A stretch of 37,947 nucleotides of DNA from a virus (lineage: Duplodnaviria; Caudoviricetes), in IMG/VR virus record IMGVR_UViG_3300049144_000153, positions 1 to 37,947 of that record. One strand, written 5' to 3'. Every line of letters starts with the position of its first letter. The stretch's first letter is position 1. Shown piece by piece: positions 1-8,776 of the stretch. Under the pieces are notes generated by a model, which was given only the letters and a program-made list of their open reading frames with translations, was not told where the DNA came from and ran no database searches. The translations under genes were made by a program, and so were the position numbers.

Positions 1-333
1 ATGACGACGTGTCCCTGCTGCGGGGGCACCGTCGCCCGCCCGCTCGTCGTCGACCTGGAGACCAACACCGTCGCCCGGGGCGACCGGGCCATCCAGGTCG
101 AGCCCCGGACTGCCGAGATCCTCAGCATCCTGGCTGACGCCTACCCGGCCGCCGTCGACCGCGAAAAGCTGATCGACGGGATCTGGGGCGTCGGCACGAG
201 CGCCTGGCAGAAGCGGCCGACGCTGCGTCGCCACATCGAGAGAACGCGCCCCAAGGCGCAGTCGATCGGTCTCCTGATCGAGACCGTCCGCACATCCCGC
301 ACCAACACATCCTACCGATTTCGGGAGATCTGA
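1..333 (+). CDS. Stand-alone winged-helix DNA-binding protein (OmpR/PhoB effector-like) with N-terminal CPCCG motif
   Basis: VDLETNTVARGDRAIQVEPRTAEILSILA...VDREKLIDGIWG...TLRRHIERTRPK...IETVR follows the OmpR C-terminal domain pattern. No receiver domain. The start is at the window edge. Confidence 0.7.
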   Translation: MTTCPCCGGTVARPLVVDLETNTVARGDRAIQVEPRTAEILSILADAYPAAVDREKLIDGIWGVGTSAWQKRPTLRRHIERTRPKAQSIGLLIETVRTSRTNTSYRFREI

Positions 334-537
334 ATGAGCACGCAAATCCAAACCCTGCCCCTGGACGACAGCCGCGAGCTGCTGAAGACGATCGCCGACG
401 TGATCAACGAGAACGAGCGCCTGCGCGCCCGCGTCACGGACCTGCTCCACGGCAACAACCAGTACCTGGAGCGCGCCCGCCGAGCGGAGCGCCGGGTCGA
501 CGAGCTGGAACGCTTCATGGCGAGGGAGCTGGCATGA
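334..537 (+). CDS. Hypothetical coiled-coil protein (67 aa)
   Basis: ATG directly follows the upstream TGA; typical codon usage; ENERLRARVTDLL heptads. Confidence 0.7.
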   Translation: MSTQIQTLPLDDSRELLKTIADVINENERLRARVTDLLHGNNQYLERARRAERRVDELERFMARELA

Positions 538-608
538 CCGTCCTCCTCTTTGACCGGGTGCTCCCGGCTTTCATCGTGGCAGGCCTGACCCTCGCGGTGT
601 TCGGATGA
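534..608 (+). CDS. Small membrane peptide (24 aa, MTVLLFDRVLPAFIVAGLTLAVFG)
   Basis: ATGA overlaps at both ends fill the gap exactly; GGGAG RBS upstream; hydrophobic. Not in the ORF track. Confidence 0.6.
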   Translation: MTVLLFDRVLPAFIVAGLTLAVFG

Positions 609-1189
609 GCACCGTCTCCCATTACGGCATCCACCTCGACGGCAATGCCGTCTGCCTGCACGAGAACGGGGGAGGGCGATACCTCACCCCCGGTCTGGAG
701 ACCCTGCCGAGCCCGTTCACGGTCGTCGGCCCGAAGCTGCCGTGCCCGCACAAGCTGCCCGAGCCCAAGCTCGTGGTCGACCTGCCCCTCGACGTCCACC
801 CTCTCATCGAGGCGATGGGGCCGTGGGGGTCGGGCAAGGCCTACCACGTCAACGGCGGCAACCAGCGGCTCCTCTCGGCCATGACGGCGATGGTCGGCCC
901 CACCCGGCCGATTCTCTTCGCCGCCTGGGCGCAGCCGATCCGAAACCTGATGCCCGAGCTGACGCTCACCAACGCGGCTCCGCTCGTGATCGTGGATTAC
1001 GAGTCCCGCCACTACGCCGACCTCGAACGGCTCCTCGCCCTCCCGCGCACCCGGAACGTGATCCTGTGCGGCTCCTACAAGGTCGGCGGGATCGAGACGA
1101 TCGGCGGCGACGGCCTGTCACCCGACCAGGACTGGGCGCGCACCGGGGCCACGCTCCTGTGGCGCTACGTCATGAACCAACAGCTGTGA
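605..1189 (+). CDS. Hypothetical protein, possibly a degenerate P-loop fold
   Basis: ATGA-coupled start. GPWGSGKA is Walker A-like and LVIVD is Walker B-like. Confidence 0.6.
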   Translation: MSTVSHYGIHLDGNAVCLHENGGGRYLTPGLETLPSPFTVVGPKLPCPHKLPEPKLVVDLPLDVHPLIEAMGPWGSGKAYHVNGGNQRLLSAMTAMVGPTRPILFAAWAQPIRNLMPELTLTNAAPLVIVDYESRHYADLERLLALPRTRNVILCGSYKVGGIETIGGDGLSPDQDWARTGATLLWRYVMNQQL

Positions 1190-1196
1190 GGTTGCT

Positions 1197-1745
1197 ATGA
1201 GCACACCGACATTTCAGTCCCGCGTCCAGCCGTGGCTCCACGCTTGCTTCGGTCCCATGATCGCCGGGGACAAGGAAGAGCGCAGCCACCGCTTCCTCGA
1301 AGAGGCGCTCGAACTCGTCCAGGCCTGTGGCTGCACGGCCGACGAGGCCCACCAGCTCGTCGACTACGTCTACGGGCGGCCGGTCGGTGAGAAGCACCAG
1401 GAGGTCGGTGGCGTCATGGTGACCCTGGCCGCTCTCTGCCTCGCACAAGCTCTCGACATGCACGAGGCCGGCGAGACCGAGCTGAAGCGCGTCTGGACCA
1501 AGGTCGAGGCCATCCGGGCGAAGCAGGCCGCGAAGCCGAAGGTCGGACCGCTGCCGGGACCGAGCGCGGAACCCACCGAGGAAGAGAAGGCCCTTTCCTG
1601 GATCAACGAGCGCGGTGGCTACCAGAAAATCTTCAACGCGATTGCGGACGCAACCCGTGCCGAAGGTACGAGCGTCTCGATCTCGGTGAAGGCGTTCGCG
1701 AAGGCGATGGTGATGGAGATGGAGATGGAGCAGCCCAATGCGTGA
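1197..1745 (+). CDS. MazG-like (all-alpha NTP pyrophosphatase) domain protein with C-terminal extension
   Basis: FQSRVQPW...ERSHRFLEEALELVQ...QEVGGVMVTLAALC shows the EExxE...ExG pattern. GAGG RBS. Confidence 0.7.
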   Translation: MSTPTFQSRVQPWLHACFGPMIAGDKEERSHRFLEEALELVQACGCTADEAHQLVDYVYGRPVGEKHQEVGGVMVTLAALCLAQALDMHEAGETELKRVWTKVEAIRAKQAAKPKVGPLPGPSAEPTEEEKALSWINERGGYQKIFNAIADATRAEGTSVSISVKAFAKAMVMEMEMEQPNA

Positions 1746-1956
1746 TCCTCAAGACCGCCTGGACGGTACCGTCATGGGTTCTGCCCTGACGGCAGCGAAA
1801 GAGATCCACATCGCGCTCTGCAACAACCGCAACGTGATGGCGACCCGAGCCCTCCTCCGAGCCCTCCACAACGTGCTGATCATCGCGGAGGAGGGGCGGC
1901 AGAGCATCGAGCAGAAGCTCGACGAGGACGAGCGCAAGGAGCTGTCGGATGATTGA
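1738..1956 (+). CDS. Hypothetical protein (72 aa)
   Basis: Overlapping start, GGAG RBS, normal codon usage. Confidence 0.65.
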   Translation: MRDPQDRLDGTVMGSALTAAKEIHIALCNNRNVMATRALLRALHNVLIIAEEGRQSIEQKLDEDERKELSDD

Positions 1957-2074
1957 GATCGGCGAGAACCTGGCCCTCGTCCTGATCGCGGCCCTCGCAG
2001 CACTCTGCGTCGTCGGCGTCGCGTGGGCTGCGGCCTACTCCAACCGCAAGGGAGGTCGCGATGACCCTCGCTGA
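1949..2074 (+). CDS. Small single-pass membrane protein (41 aa)
   Basis: AAGGAG RBS; MIEIGENLALVLIAALAALCVVGVAWAAAYSNRKGGRDDPR. Not in the ORF track. Confidence 0.6.
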   Translation: MIEIGENLALVLIAALAALCVVGVAWAAAYSNRKGGRDDPR

Positions 2075-2231
2075 CCTGATCGAAGACCTGGTCGACACGA
2101 AGATCAAGCTGTTCGTCAACGGGAATGGAGACGGGAACGTGCAAACCGTTCGGCGCGAGCAGCTTGAGAAGGAGATCCGCAGGCTCAAGGCCGAGATCGA
2201 CCAGCGGGAAGAGGAGCTGAAGTCCAAATGA
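2061..2231 (+). CDS. Hypothetical coiled-coil protein (56 aa)
   Basis: GGAGG RBS; MTLADLIEDLVDTKIKLF...; ATGA overlap with the helicase start. Not in the ORF track. Confidence 0.7.
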   Translation: MTLADLIEDLVDTKIKLFVNGNGDGNVQTVRREQLEKEIRRLKAEIDQREEELKSK

Positions 2232-3625
2232 CCTTCCAGCTCCGTCCCGAACAGATCCAGGACCTGGCCGCCCACATCGCGCATCCGAAGCACGGAGCGT
2301 TCGGCGAGCCGGGGACCGGCAAGACACCCGTCGTCTGCACCCTGCAGGCCTACCGGTGGCGCACCCACCAGCACGGCACCGTCTGGTCCATGCCCAAGGC
2401 GCTCATGGGCAAGAACCTGGAGGAGGCCTACCGGTGGGGCGGCTGGGCTGACGGTGACGTCGTCATCGTCGACGGCACGCCCAAGCAGGTGGAGAAGCAG
2501 CTCCAGTCCGGGGCCAAGGTCTTCATCATGGGCTTCACCCGCTTCGCCAAATGCTGGCGGCAGCTCCCGGACTACGTCAGGGCTCACGACATCGACGAGT
2601 TCCACAAGGGGTTCGGCGCGCACGGCTCCAAGCGGACGCAGGAGATGTACCAGTTCGACATGGAGCGCGGGCTCTACTTCGTGCCCATGACCGGCACGCT
2701 GGTGAAGGGCAAGCTCGACACCGCGTACCCGGCCATCCAGGTCATCGAGCCTCGCTACTACGGCACCTTCCAGTGCTTCCAGCAGGTCCACCACGTCATC
2801 GACCCGTGGTCGGGCAAGCTCGCCGGCTACCGCGAGCACGAGGCCCTCGGTGAGATCCTGCGCCAGCACGGCACCCGCCGGCTCTGGCGCGACGTCCACG
2901 GCGACAAGACCTACGTCACGCACATCCAGCGCGTCGACATGAGCCCGAAGCAGCGGGAGATCTACGACAAGTTCGAGGAAGAGGCGATCCTGGAGCTGGA
3001 GAACTTCTTCATCGACGGCACCCAGCCGGGTGTCGCCTTCGCCCGTGCCCGTCAGATCATGGAGCATCCCAATGCGTTCCCGGATCTGCGCGACCCGGAC
3101 AAACTCCCGCCGGTCGACATCATGCCGGGAGAGGCTCCGTCGAAGCTGGAGGCGCTCGACCTGCACATCACCGACGCGATCGAGAACGAGAAGCCTCTGG
3201 TGGTCTTCGCCGGCCCCATCCCGCAGCAGCGCCAGATCTTTGAGCTGATGAAGGCTCTGGGTCTGGAATGCGCGTGGATGGCCGGGGCGACGACCGCGAA
3301 GGAGCGCAACGAGATCGACGTCAAGTTCCAGAAGGGGATCCTGAAGGGCCTCGTCTGCTCCCCGCTCATCGCCGACTGCGGTTTCAACTGGCAGTTCTGC
3401 GGTGACCAGGAGGTCGACCATTGCGTCTTCGCGAGCATGGACTTCGTCGACACGACGTTCCTTCAGGCCCGCGACCGGTTCATGCGCCAGAGCCGATCCG
3501 GCCCTCTTCGCGTGACCATTCTGACTTATCGCAAATCCCTCGACGAGCACATCTTGAGACTTCTCAAGAGCAAGTCGATGGATGCGAACAAGGTAGACCC
3601 CACCCGTGAGGTCATGCCTTGGTAG
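2228..3625 (+). CDS. Superfamily 2 (SNF2-like) DNA helicase
   Basis: LRPEQ Q-motif, Walker A GEPGTGKT, DEFH, motif III MTGT, motif VI QARDRFMR. Confidence 0.9.
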   Translation: MTFQLRPEQIQDLAAHIAHPKHGAFGEPGTGKTPVVCTLQAYRWRTHQHGTVWSMPKALMGKNLEEAYRWGGWADGDVVIVDGTPKQVEKQLQSGAKVFIMGFTRFAKCWRQLPDYVRAHDIDEFHKGFGAHGSKRTQEMYQFDMERGLYFVPMTGTLVKGKLDTAYPAIQVIEPRYYGTFQCFQQVHHVIDPWSGKLAGYREHEALGEILRQHGTRRLWRDVHGDKTYVTHIQRVDMSPKQREIYDKFEEEAILELENFFIDGTQPGVAFARARQIMEHPNAFPDLRDPDKLPPVDIMPGEAPSKLEALDLHITDAIENEKPLVVFAGPIPQQRQIFELMKALGLECAWMAGATTAKERNEIDVKFQKGILKGLVCSPLIADCGFNWQFCGDQEVDHCVFASMDFVDTTFLQARDRFMRQSRSGPLRVTILTYRKSLDEHILRLLKSKSMDANKVDPTREVMPW

Positions 3626-3633
3626 AAATCGAC

Positions 3634-3653
3634 GAACATCCCTAGAGATGTTC
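3634..3653. promoter_or_regulatory. 20-bp palindromic site, copy 1 (GAACATCCCTAGAGATGTTC)
   Basis: One mismatch to the perfect palindrome GAACATCCCTAGGGATGTTC; recurs at 11313, 16064 and 26198. Confidence 0.7.
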
Positions 3654-3660
3654 GAAGATG

Positions 3661-3694
3661 GCCCCTCGAAAACCGTTCGAGGGGCTTTTATTTT
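3661..3694 (+). terminator. Rho-independent terminator after helicase
   Basis: GCCCCTCGAA-AACCG-TTCGAGGGGC followed by TTTTATTTT. Confidence 0.85.
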
Positions 3695-3747
3695 GATCAA
3701 GCGACAATCGCAATCGACGCATTTCTTTCCGCAATGAGGTATCTACT

Positions 3748-4413
3748 ATGAACGACGCAGTTTCCGCCGCCATTCTCGCCGCCCAGAACGCCGCTGGTCA
3801 GTTCCAGGCCCCGGCCACTGTGCCTGCCGCCGTGTCGGCAGGTGTCCCGGCGGCCATGCCGGCCGCTCGTCCCCGCTCTCTCGCTGACGCCCTGGCGTCG
3901 GCCGGCGCTGCGGTCGACGTGTGGCTCGGCGTGAACGAGTACGGTCTCTACATCGGCAACGACAAGAAGAACCTGTTCGAGACGATCGACGTCATGATCA
4001 AGCTCTCCGAGGTCAAGTTCGGTTACGGGGTCCGCTACTCGATCGGCTCGCAGGTCAACTACGGCAAGTCGTACGACGGCGTCCGCGAGGTGAAGTCCGG
4101 TCGCCCGTGGGCCGAGATCGTCGCCGAGGCTCAGCGCATCGATCCGAAGTGCCGTGGCTCGTACGATCTCGCTGAGATCCCGATGACCCTCGTCGCCGAC
4201 CTGGTGAAGAAGGACAAGACGGTGGCGGCCGAGGCCGGCAAGCGTCTCGGTCTGACGACGTCGGTCACCAACTTCCCCGTGTTCATGACCTGGGTCGCCG
4301 AGGCTCTGCCGTCCTTCGGCGAGCACAGCGAGATCCCGGTCGTGCTCAGCGGCACCACGAAGAAGGGACCGACCGGCGACTACGGCCTCGTGGCGTTCGC
4401 CACGAAGCAGTGA
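3748..4413 (+). CDS. Probable single-stranded DNA-binding or replication accessory protein
   Basis: Strong GAGG RBS, strongly biased codons, own terminator, aromatic beta-rich core, position between helicase and exonuclease/polymerase. Function inferred from context only. Confidence 0.5.
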   Translation: MNDAVSAAILAAQNAAGQFQAPATVPAAVSAGVPAAMPAARPRSLADALASAGAAVDVWLGVNEYGLYIGNDKKNLFETIDVMIKLSEVKFGYGVRYSIGSQVNYGKSYDGVREVKSGRPWAEIVAEAQRIDPKCRGSYDLAEIPMTLVADLVKKDKTVAAEAGKRLGLTTSVTNFPVFMTWVAEALPSFGEHSEIPVVLSGTTKKGPTGDYGLVAFATKQ

Positions 4414-4436
4414 CCTCCCGCAAGGGCTGAGGACTA

Positions 4437-4464
4437 AGGGGCCAGGCAAATCGCCTGGCCCTTC
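4437..4464 (+). terminator. Terminator-like hairpin
   Basis: GGGCCAGGC-AAATC-GCCTGGCCC followed by TTCT; the U-tract is weak. Confidence 0.6.
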
Positions 4465-4481
4465 TCACGAAGGGGTCAACA

Positions 4482-5258
4482 ATGACAATGCACATCTACG
4501 ACGGCATGGCCGTCATCCGACGCGCCGTCGACAAAGATCCGATGGGGCGCGCACCTCGCTCCCTCATCACCCAGGCGCTCACGCCGATGGCCGGCGACGT
4601 CCACGTCTGGACCTTCGAGGGACGCAACCACCTCGCCAAGCGCCGCCAGCTCTATCCGTCCTACAAGGATCGGCCGTCGACCATGAACGAAGGCTTCTTC
4701 GCGCTCCTGGATCTGATCCGGGACGCCATGAAGCACACGTCGGCCCTGCAGATCGCGGTGCCGGGATACGAGGCCGACGACGTGATCGCGCACCTCGTTC
4801 GGCACTATGCCGGCAAGCTGCCGATCAAGATCCACACGGTCGACCGAGACCTCAACCAGCTCCTGACCTTCCCCGACGTTACGACCACGGCGTCGCCGCT
4901 GGCCGGCGTCGAACCCCACTATGTGCGCCTCTACAAGACGTACGTGGGTGACGCCTCGGACAAGATCCCCGGCGTCCGGGGCTTCGGCGACAAGACCTGG
5001 GGAACCTGTGACAAGCAGGCTCTCCTCACCGCCACGCATCATCTGCTCGAAAACGAGCCTCTAGCCGACCTCTTCGTCGAGGCCGGTCTCCAAACGAAGA
5101 TGGTCGAGAAGATCATCGAGAACGCAAACGACGTCCGCACCTTCTGGGCGATCACGGGCTTCATGCCGATCGATCCCAAGGACGTCCATGAAAACACGAC
5201 GGTGGGTCAGTTCGACGCCGCCGCCGCCGATGCAATCCTCAAAAAATACAGGCACTAA
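4482..5258 (+). CDS. 5'-3' exonuclease / flap endonuclease (Pol I N-terminal or T5 D15-like)
   Basis: IYDG, RRQLYPSYKDR, GYEADDVIA, TVDRDLNQL, and the GDASDKIPGVRGFGDKT H3TH motif. Confidence 0.92.
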   Translation: MTMHIYDGMAVIRRAVDKDPMGRAPRSLITQALTPMAGDVHVWTFEGRNHLAKRRQLYPSYKDRPSTMNEGFFALLDLIRDAMKHTSALQIAVPGYEADDVIAHLVRHYAGKLPIKIHTVDRDLNQLLTFPDVTTTASPLAGVEPHYVRLYKTYVGDASDKIPGVRGFGDKTWGTCDKQALLTATHHLLENEPLADLFVEAGLQTKMVEKIIENANDVRTFWAITGFMPIDPKDVHENTTVGQFDAAAADAILKKYRH

Positions 5259-5259
5259 G

Positions 5260-5541
5260 ATGACCGAAGTCAGCAACGCAGTCCGCAATCCGATCACCCC
5301 CGACGAAGTCGCCGTTCTCAAGGATCTCCTGGAGCAGCGCAACGCTGCCAACGACAAGTTCCACACCATCCGTCGCACCTCGCCGCTCGGGAACAAGGAT
5401 CCCCAGCTCGCTCCGCTCAAGATCTGGATCGAGGGGTTGAGCCACCGCATCGGCAAGATGCTGAGCTACCGCGCGAACTACCTGTTCGGTGCGATGGAAT
5501 ACGCGGCCAAGAAGCACTCCGAGGTGGGAGAGGCCGCATGA
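5260..5541 (+). CDS. Hypothetical protein (93 aa)
   Basis: ATG two bases after the upstream stop; ATGA overlap with the polymerase start. Confidence 0.7.
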   Translation: MTEVSNAVRNPITPDEVAVLKDLLEQRNAANDKFHTIRRTSPLGNKDPQLAPLKIWIEGLSHRIGKMLSYRANYLFGAMEYAAKKHSEVGEAA

Positions 5542-8261
5542 CGGTCCCCGCCATTCTCGTCGATGCTCGCAATTACGACGAGCACGCCCCGATCCTGAAG
5601 GATGCCTTCAGCCGCTCCGACTTCATTGGTCTCGACACCGAGACCAATGACGACCGCCGGCACGAGGGCCTCAACATCCTCTGCAAATATGACGACGAGA
5701 CCCGCAAGAAGTCGAAGGCCGGCAAGTTGATTTTCGACTTCCGTCGCACCGACCTGTGCGGGACCTCGTTCTACACCGAGGCTCTCCCGAACGCCTACTA
5801 CCTCAACCTCGGCCACGCCGACGTCGAGAACCGGCTCACGGAGCTGCAGCTCGTGGAGCTGATGGCCGCGAAGAAGCAGGGGAGTTTCTGGGTGGCGCAC
5901 AACGCCGCCTTCGAAATGACCGTGTTCAAGCAGTGCCTCGGCTTCTCGATCGACGACGACACGATCTGCACCCTGCAGCAGGCGGTCTCGGCCTACGGCC
6001 CGCACGAGTTCTCGAAGGAGTCGTGGCGGGGCGTCGGCCAGGGCGGCATCGCGAAGCTGCTCGGCCCGATCCTGCGCGAGAGCTTCACGGGCCTGACCGA
6101 TCCGGACAAGATGACCATGTCCCCGGAGCTGTCGGACCTCGTCTACAAGATCATCGCGAAGGAATCGGACGCCGATCACTCGTACAACGGCCTCGTCAAG
6201 TCGATCGCCTACGGCTACGGCCTGAAGCAGCTCGTCAAGTCGTGGTTCGGCTACGAGATGACCACCTTCGAGGAGGTCCTCGGCGACACCGCGCACATGG
6301 GCCAGCTGACCGGCGAGCAGGTCGTGGCCTACGGCGCGGACGACGCCTATTGGGCCATGCGGGTGTTCCGCCATCTTCTGAGCTACATGCTCGGCACCGG
6401 TGGTCCGAACCTCGTCAAGACCTTCTTCGAGCAGGAAAACCCGATGGTAGCCGAGTTCTCTCGGATCCAGTGCGGGGGCCTGAAGGTCAACGAGCAGGCG
6501 ATCAAGGCCCGCAACGAGACCGAGCGGGTCGAGGCCGCGAAGATCTTCCGGGGTCTCAAGGCCGCCGTCCGCCAGCTCCTGCCGTTCAAGCCCGAGCCCG
6601 ACGAGCGTCTCTCGAAGTACGACAGCAAGTGGTACCTGGGCAAGAACGGCGACGGCTACGTGAAGTACCGCACCGCCATCGAGAACTGGGCCACGTCGGA
6701 CGACTTCGTCGACGACTATCACCAGTGCCAGCAGGTGCGCGGCCCCGTGTCGAACGCCTGGGCCGAGGAGCGCAAGGAGCGGCTGTCGAACGGCCCCAAC
6801 TTCTCGCACTACATGCCCGTCCGGACGCTGATCTACGACCTCATCAACACCAAGGCCATCGTCAAGATGGGCAAGGTCGAGAGCGACGGTGAGGCCCGTG
6901 GCAAGCTGAAGGACCGGCTGGAGCAGGAATACAAGGCCGCCCCGACCGACCGCCTGAAGGCGGCGATCGAGGTCGTCTCGTACCTGAACCAGCTGGCCGG
7001 CGTCGAGCAGCGGATGAAGCTCTACATCAAGCCGTATCTGCTGCTCACCGACCCGGAGACCGGCCGACTCTACCCGACCGTGACCTCCATGCTCGCCACC
7101 CGGCGCATGGCGGCCCGCGACCCGAACCCGATGCAGCTGGCCAAGCGTGGCGAGTCCACCTACGTGCGCGGCTTCTTCGAGGCGGATCACGACGACCACG
7201 TCATCGTCTCAATCGACTGGTCGGCCATCGAGCTGGTGGAGATCGGTGAGTTCTCCGGGGATCCGGAGTTCATCAAGGCGTTCTCGACCACCCCTCACGA
7301 AGACCTGCATTCCGGCTCGGCCTCGTCGATCCTGTCGATCGAGTGCCCCGGCCTGAACGAGCAGACCTTCAAGGCTCTCCCGCGCCTGCCGGCCTGGGAA
7401 GAGCTGAAGGACGTCGACAACGTCGCCCGTCTCGCCACGAACCTGAAGGGCGAACCCCTCGACCCCGGCAAGGCCTACAAATACTGGCGTACCGAGGTCG
7501 GGAAGGGCGCGAACTTCAACTACTGGTACTCAGGCTGGCTCGCCACGATCGGCGAGCGCATGGGGTGGACGCCCGAGAAGACGGCCGAGGCCACCAAGGC
7601 CTACCAGGAGCGGTTCTGGGTCGCCGAGCAGTGGCGTCTCAAGCAGATCGAGGACATCCGCCGTGATGGCTTCGTGACGCTGCCAGATGGTCACCGCTAC
7701 GTCCGGTTCGAGGCCACGCAGGAGTGGTACATCGACTGGGTCGGCAAGTTCTGCGGATCACGCATCGCGGGCTCCGAGAACTACGAGAAGATCATGCGCT
7801 GGGTCGCCTCCAAGATCCAGAAGCGGGCGGGAAACCAGTCCGTGAACGCCATGATCCAGGGCTCGTGCGCCACCATCGCAAAGCGGTCGGTGATCCGGAT
7901 CAACCGGCACTTCTGGAACCAGAACTGGACGGACCGGGAGTTCCGCTTCCTCGTGCCCATCCACGACGAGCTGGTGTTCTCGGTCCACAAGGACCTGGCT
8001 CCGCAGTTCGTCCGCGAGGCGAGGGGGATCATGATCGATCACCCCGACATGTTCAAACTCTGCAAGCTCGATGCCTCGCCGGCTCTCGGGCGCACGTTTG
8101 AACCGTGGGACGCGAAGAAGGCCCCGCTCGGGCAGGTGGAACTGTTCGAGCCCCCGGCTGCGATCGTCGGCGACGCCCTCGCCAACAAGCGCCTCGACGA
8201 CGACGGCATCCGCCTGGTCGTCGACAAGCTCTTCTTCGAAGAGCGGCGGCTCGCAGCATGA
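5538..8261 (+). CDS. polA: Family A DNA polymerase with 3'-5' proofreading domain
   Basis: ExoI GLDTET, ExoII AHNAAFE, ExoIII YGADDA; PNPMQL; motif A IDWSAIEL; motif B RTEVGKGANFNYWY; NAMIQGS; motif C IHDEL. Confidence 0.95.
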   Translation: MTVPAILVDARNYDEHAPILKDAFSRSDFIGLDTETNDDRRHEGLNILCKYDDETRKKSKAGKLIFDFRRTDLCGTSFYTEALPNAYYLNLGHADVENRLTELQLVELMAAKKQGSFWVAHNAAFEMTVFKQCLGFSIDDDTICTLQQAVSAYGPHEFSKESWRGVGQGGIAKLLGPILRESFTGLTDPDKMTMSPELSDLVYKIIAKESDADHSYNGLVKSIAYGYGLKQLVKSWFGYEMTTFEEVLGDTAHMGQLTGEQVVAYGADDAYWAMRVFRHLLSYMLGTGGPNLVKTFFEQENPMVAEFSRIQCGGLKVNEQAIKARNETERVEAAKIFRGLKAAVRQLLPFKPEPDERLSKYDSKWYLGKNGDGYVKYRTAIENWATSDDFVDDYHQCQQVRGPVSNAWAEERKERLSNGPNFSHYMPVRTLIYDLINTKAIVKMGKVESDGEARGKLKDRLEQEYKAAPTDRLKAAIEVVSYLNQLAGVEQRMKLYIKPYLLLTDPETGRLYPTVTSMLATRRMAARDPNPMQLAKRGESTYVRGFFEADHDDHVIVSIDWSAIELVEIGEFSGDPEFIKAFSTTPHEDLHSGSASSILSIECPGLNEQTFKALPRLPAWEELKDVDNVARLATNLKGEPLDPGKAYKYWRTEVGKGANFNYWYSGWLATIGERMGWTPEKTAEATKAYQERFWVAEQWRLKQIEDIRRDGFVTLPDGHRYVRFEATQEWYIDWVGKFCGSRIAGSENYEKIMRWVASKIQKRAGNQSVNAMIQGSCATIAKRSVIRINRHFWNQNWTDREFRFLVPIHDELVFSVHKDLAPQFVREARGIMIDHPDMFKLCKLDASPALGRTFEPWDAKKAPLGQVELFEPPAAIVGDALANKRLDDDGIRLVVDKLFFEERRLAA

Positions 8262-8485
8262 CCTATCCGCTCGGAAACAAGCTCCTCGATTTCATCGAGG
8301 GGCACGCTGAACACAAGGGTGGCCCCAACGGGCCGCTCTTGCTCCGCAACGAGGTCGCGCAGGCCCTTGGCTTCGTCCTGGGCAGCTACCTCAAGAACCT
8401 CACCAACCCCCACGACCAGATGGGCTTCGCGGACGTCGTCCGCGAGGAAGCCTCGCTGGTCGTCAAGCAGGCAACCAGACAATGA
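8258..8485 (+). CDS. Hypothetical protein (75 aa)
   Basis: ATGA overlaps at both ends; MTYPLGNKLLDFIEGH... Confidence 0.7.
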   Translation: MTYPLGNKLLDFIEGHAEHKGGPNGPLLLRNEVAQALGFVLGSYLKNLTNPHDQMGFADVVREEASLVVKQATRQ

Positions 8486-8766
8486 GCAGATACGACGACC
8501 TCGCCCTCGACCACATCCTCTCGGAGATGCAGCTTCCCGCCGAGGACAAGTACCTCATGAAGCTGCGTGACGCCTCGGCCGAATACTGCCGGGAGCAGGG
8601 GCGCATCCTGCCCCGCGAGGCCGGCGCGGCCCTCGGCCACCTCTTCGCATTCCTGCTCGCCCACACCGACGAGATCGGTCGGAAGCGGGCTGAGCGCGCC
8701 TTCAAGGACGCCATGACCGCAGGATCCTACGCGACCTGCGGGATGGACAGCATTGCAGTTCACTAA
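8482..8766 (+). CDS. Hypothetical protein (94 aa)
   Basis: ATGA-coupled; normal codon usage. Confidence 0.7.
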   Translation: MSRYDDLALDHILSEMQLPAEDKYLMKLRDASAEYCREQGRILPREAGAALGHLFAFLLAHTDEIGRKRAERAFKDAMTAGSYATCGMDSIAVH

Positions 8767-8776
8767 GGAGAAGCAA

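Noticed and set aside
1706-1731. GATGG(T/A) hexamer run encoding MVMEMEME
   Set aside because: Short, in-frame and imperfect; no evidence of phase variation.
1880-7199. Long antisense ORFs (1880-3700 and 5478-7199; likewise 14191-15981, 19854-21053 and 30989-32539)
   Set aside because: They mirror well-supported genes on the opposite strand. This is the expected shadow of strong GC3 codon bias, and they show no motifs of their own.
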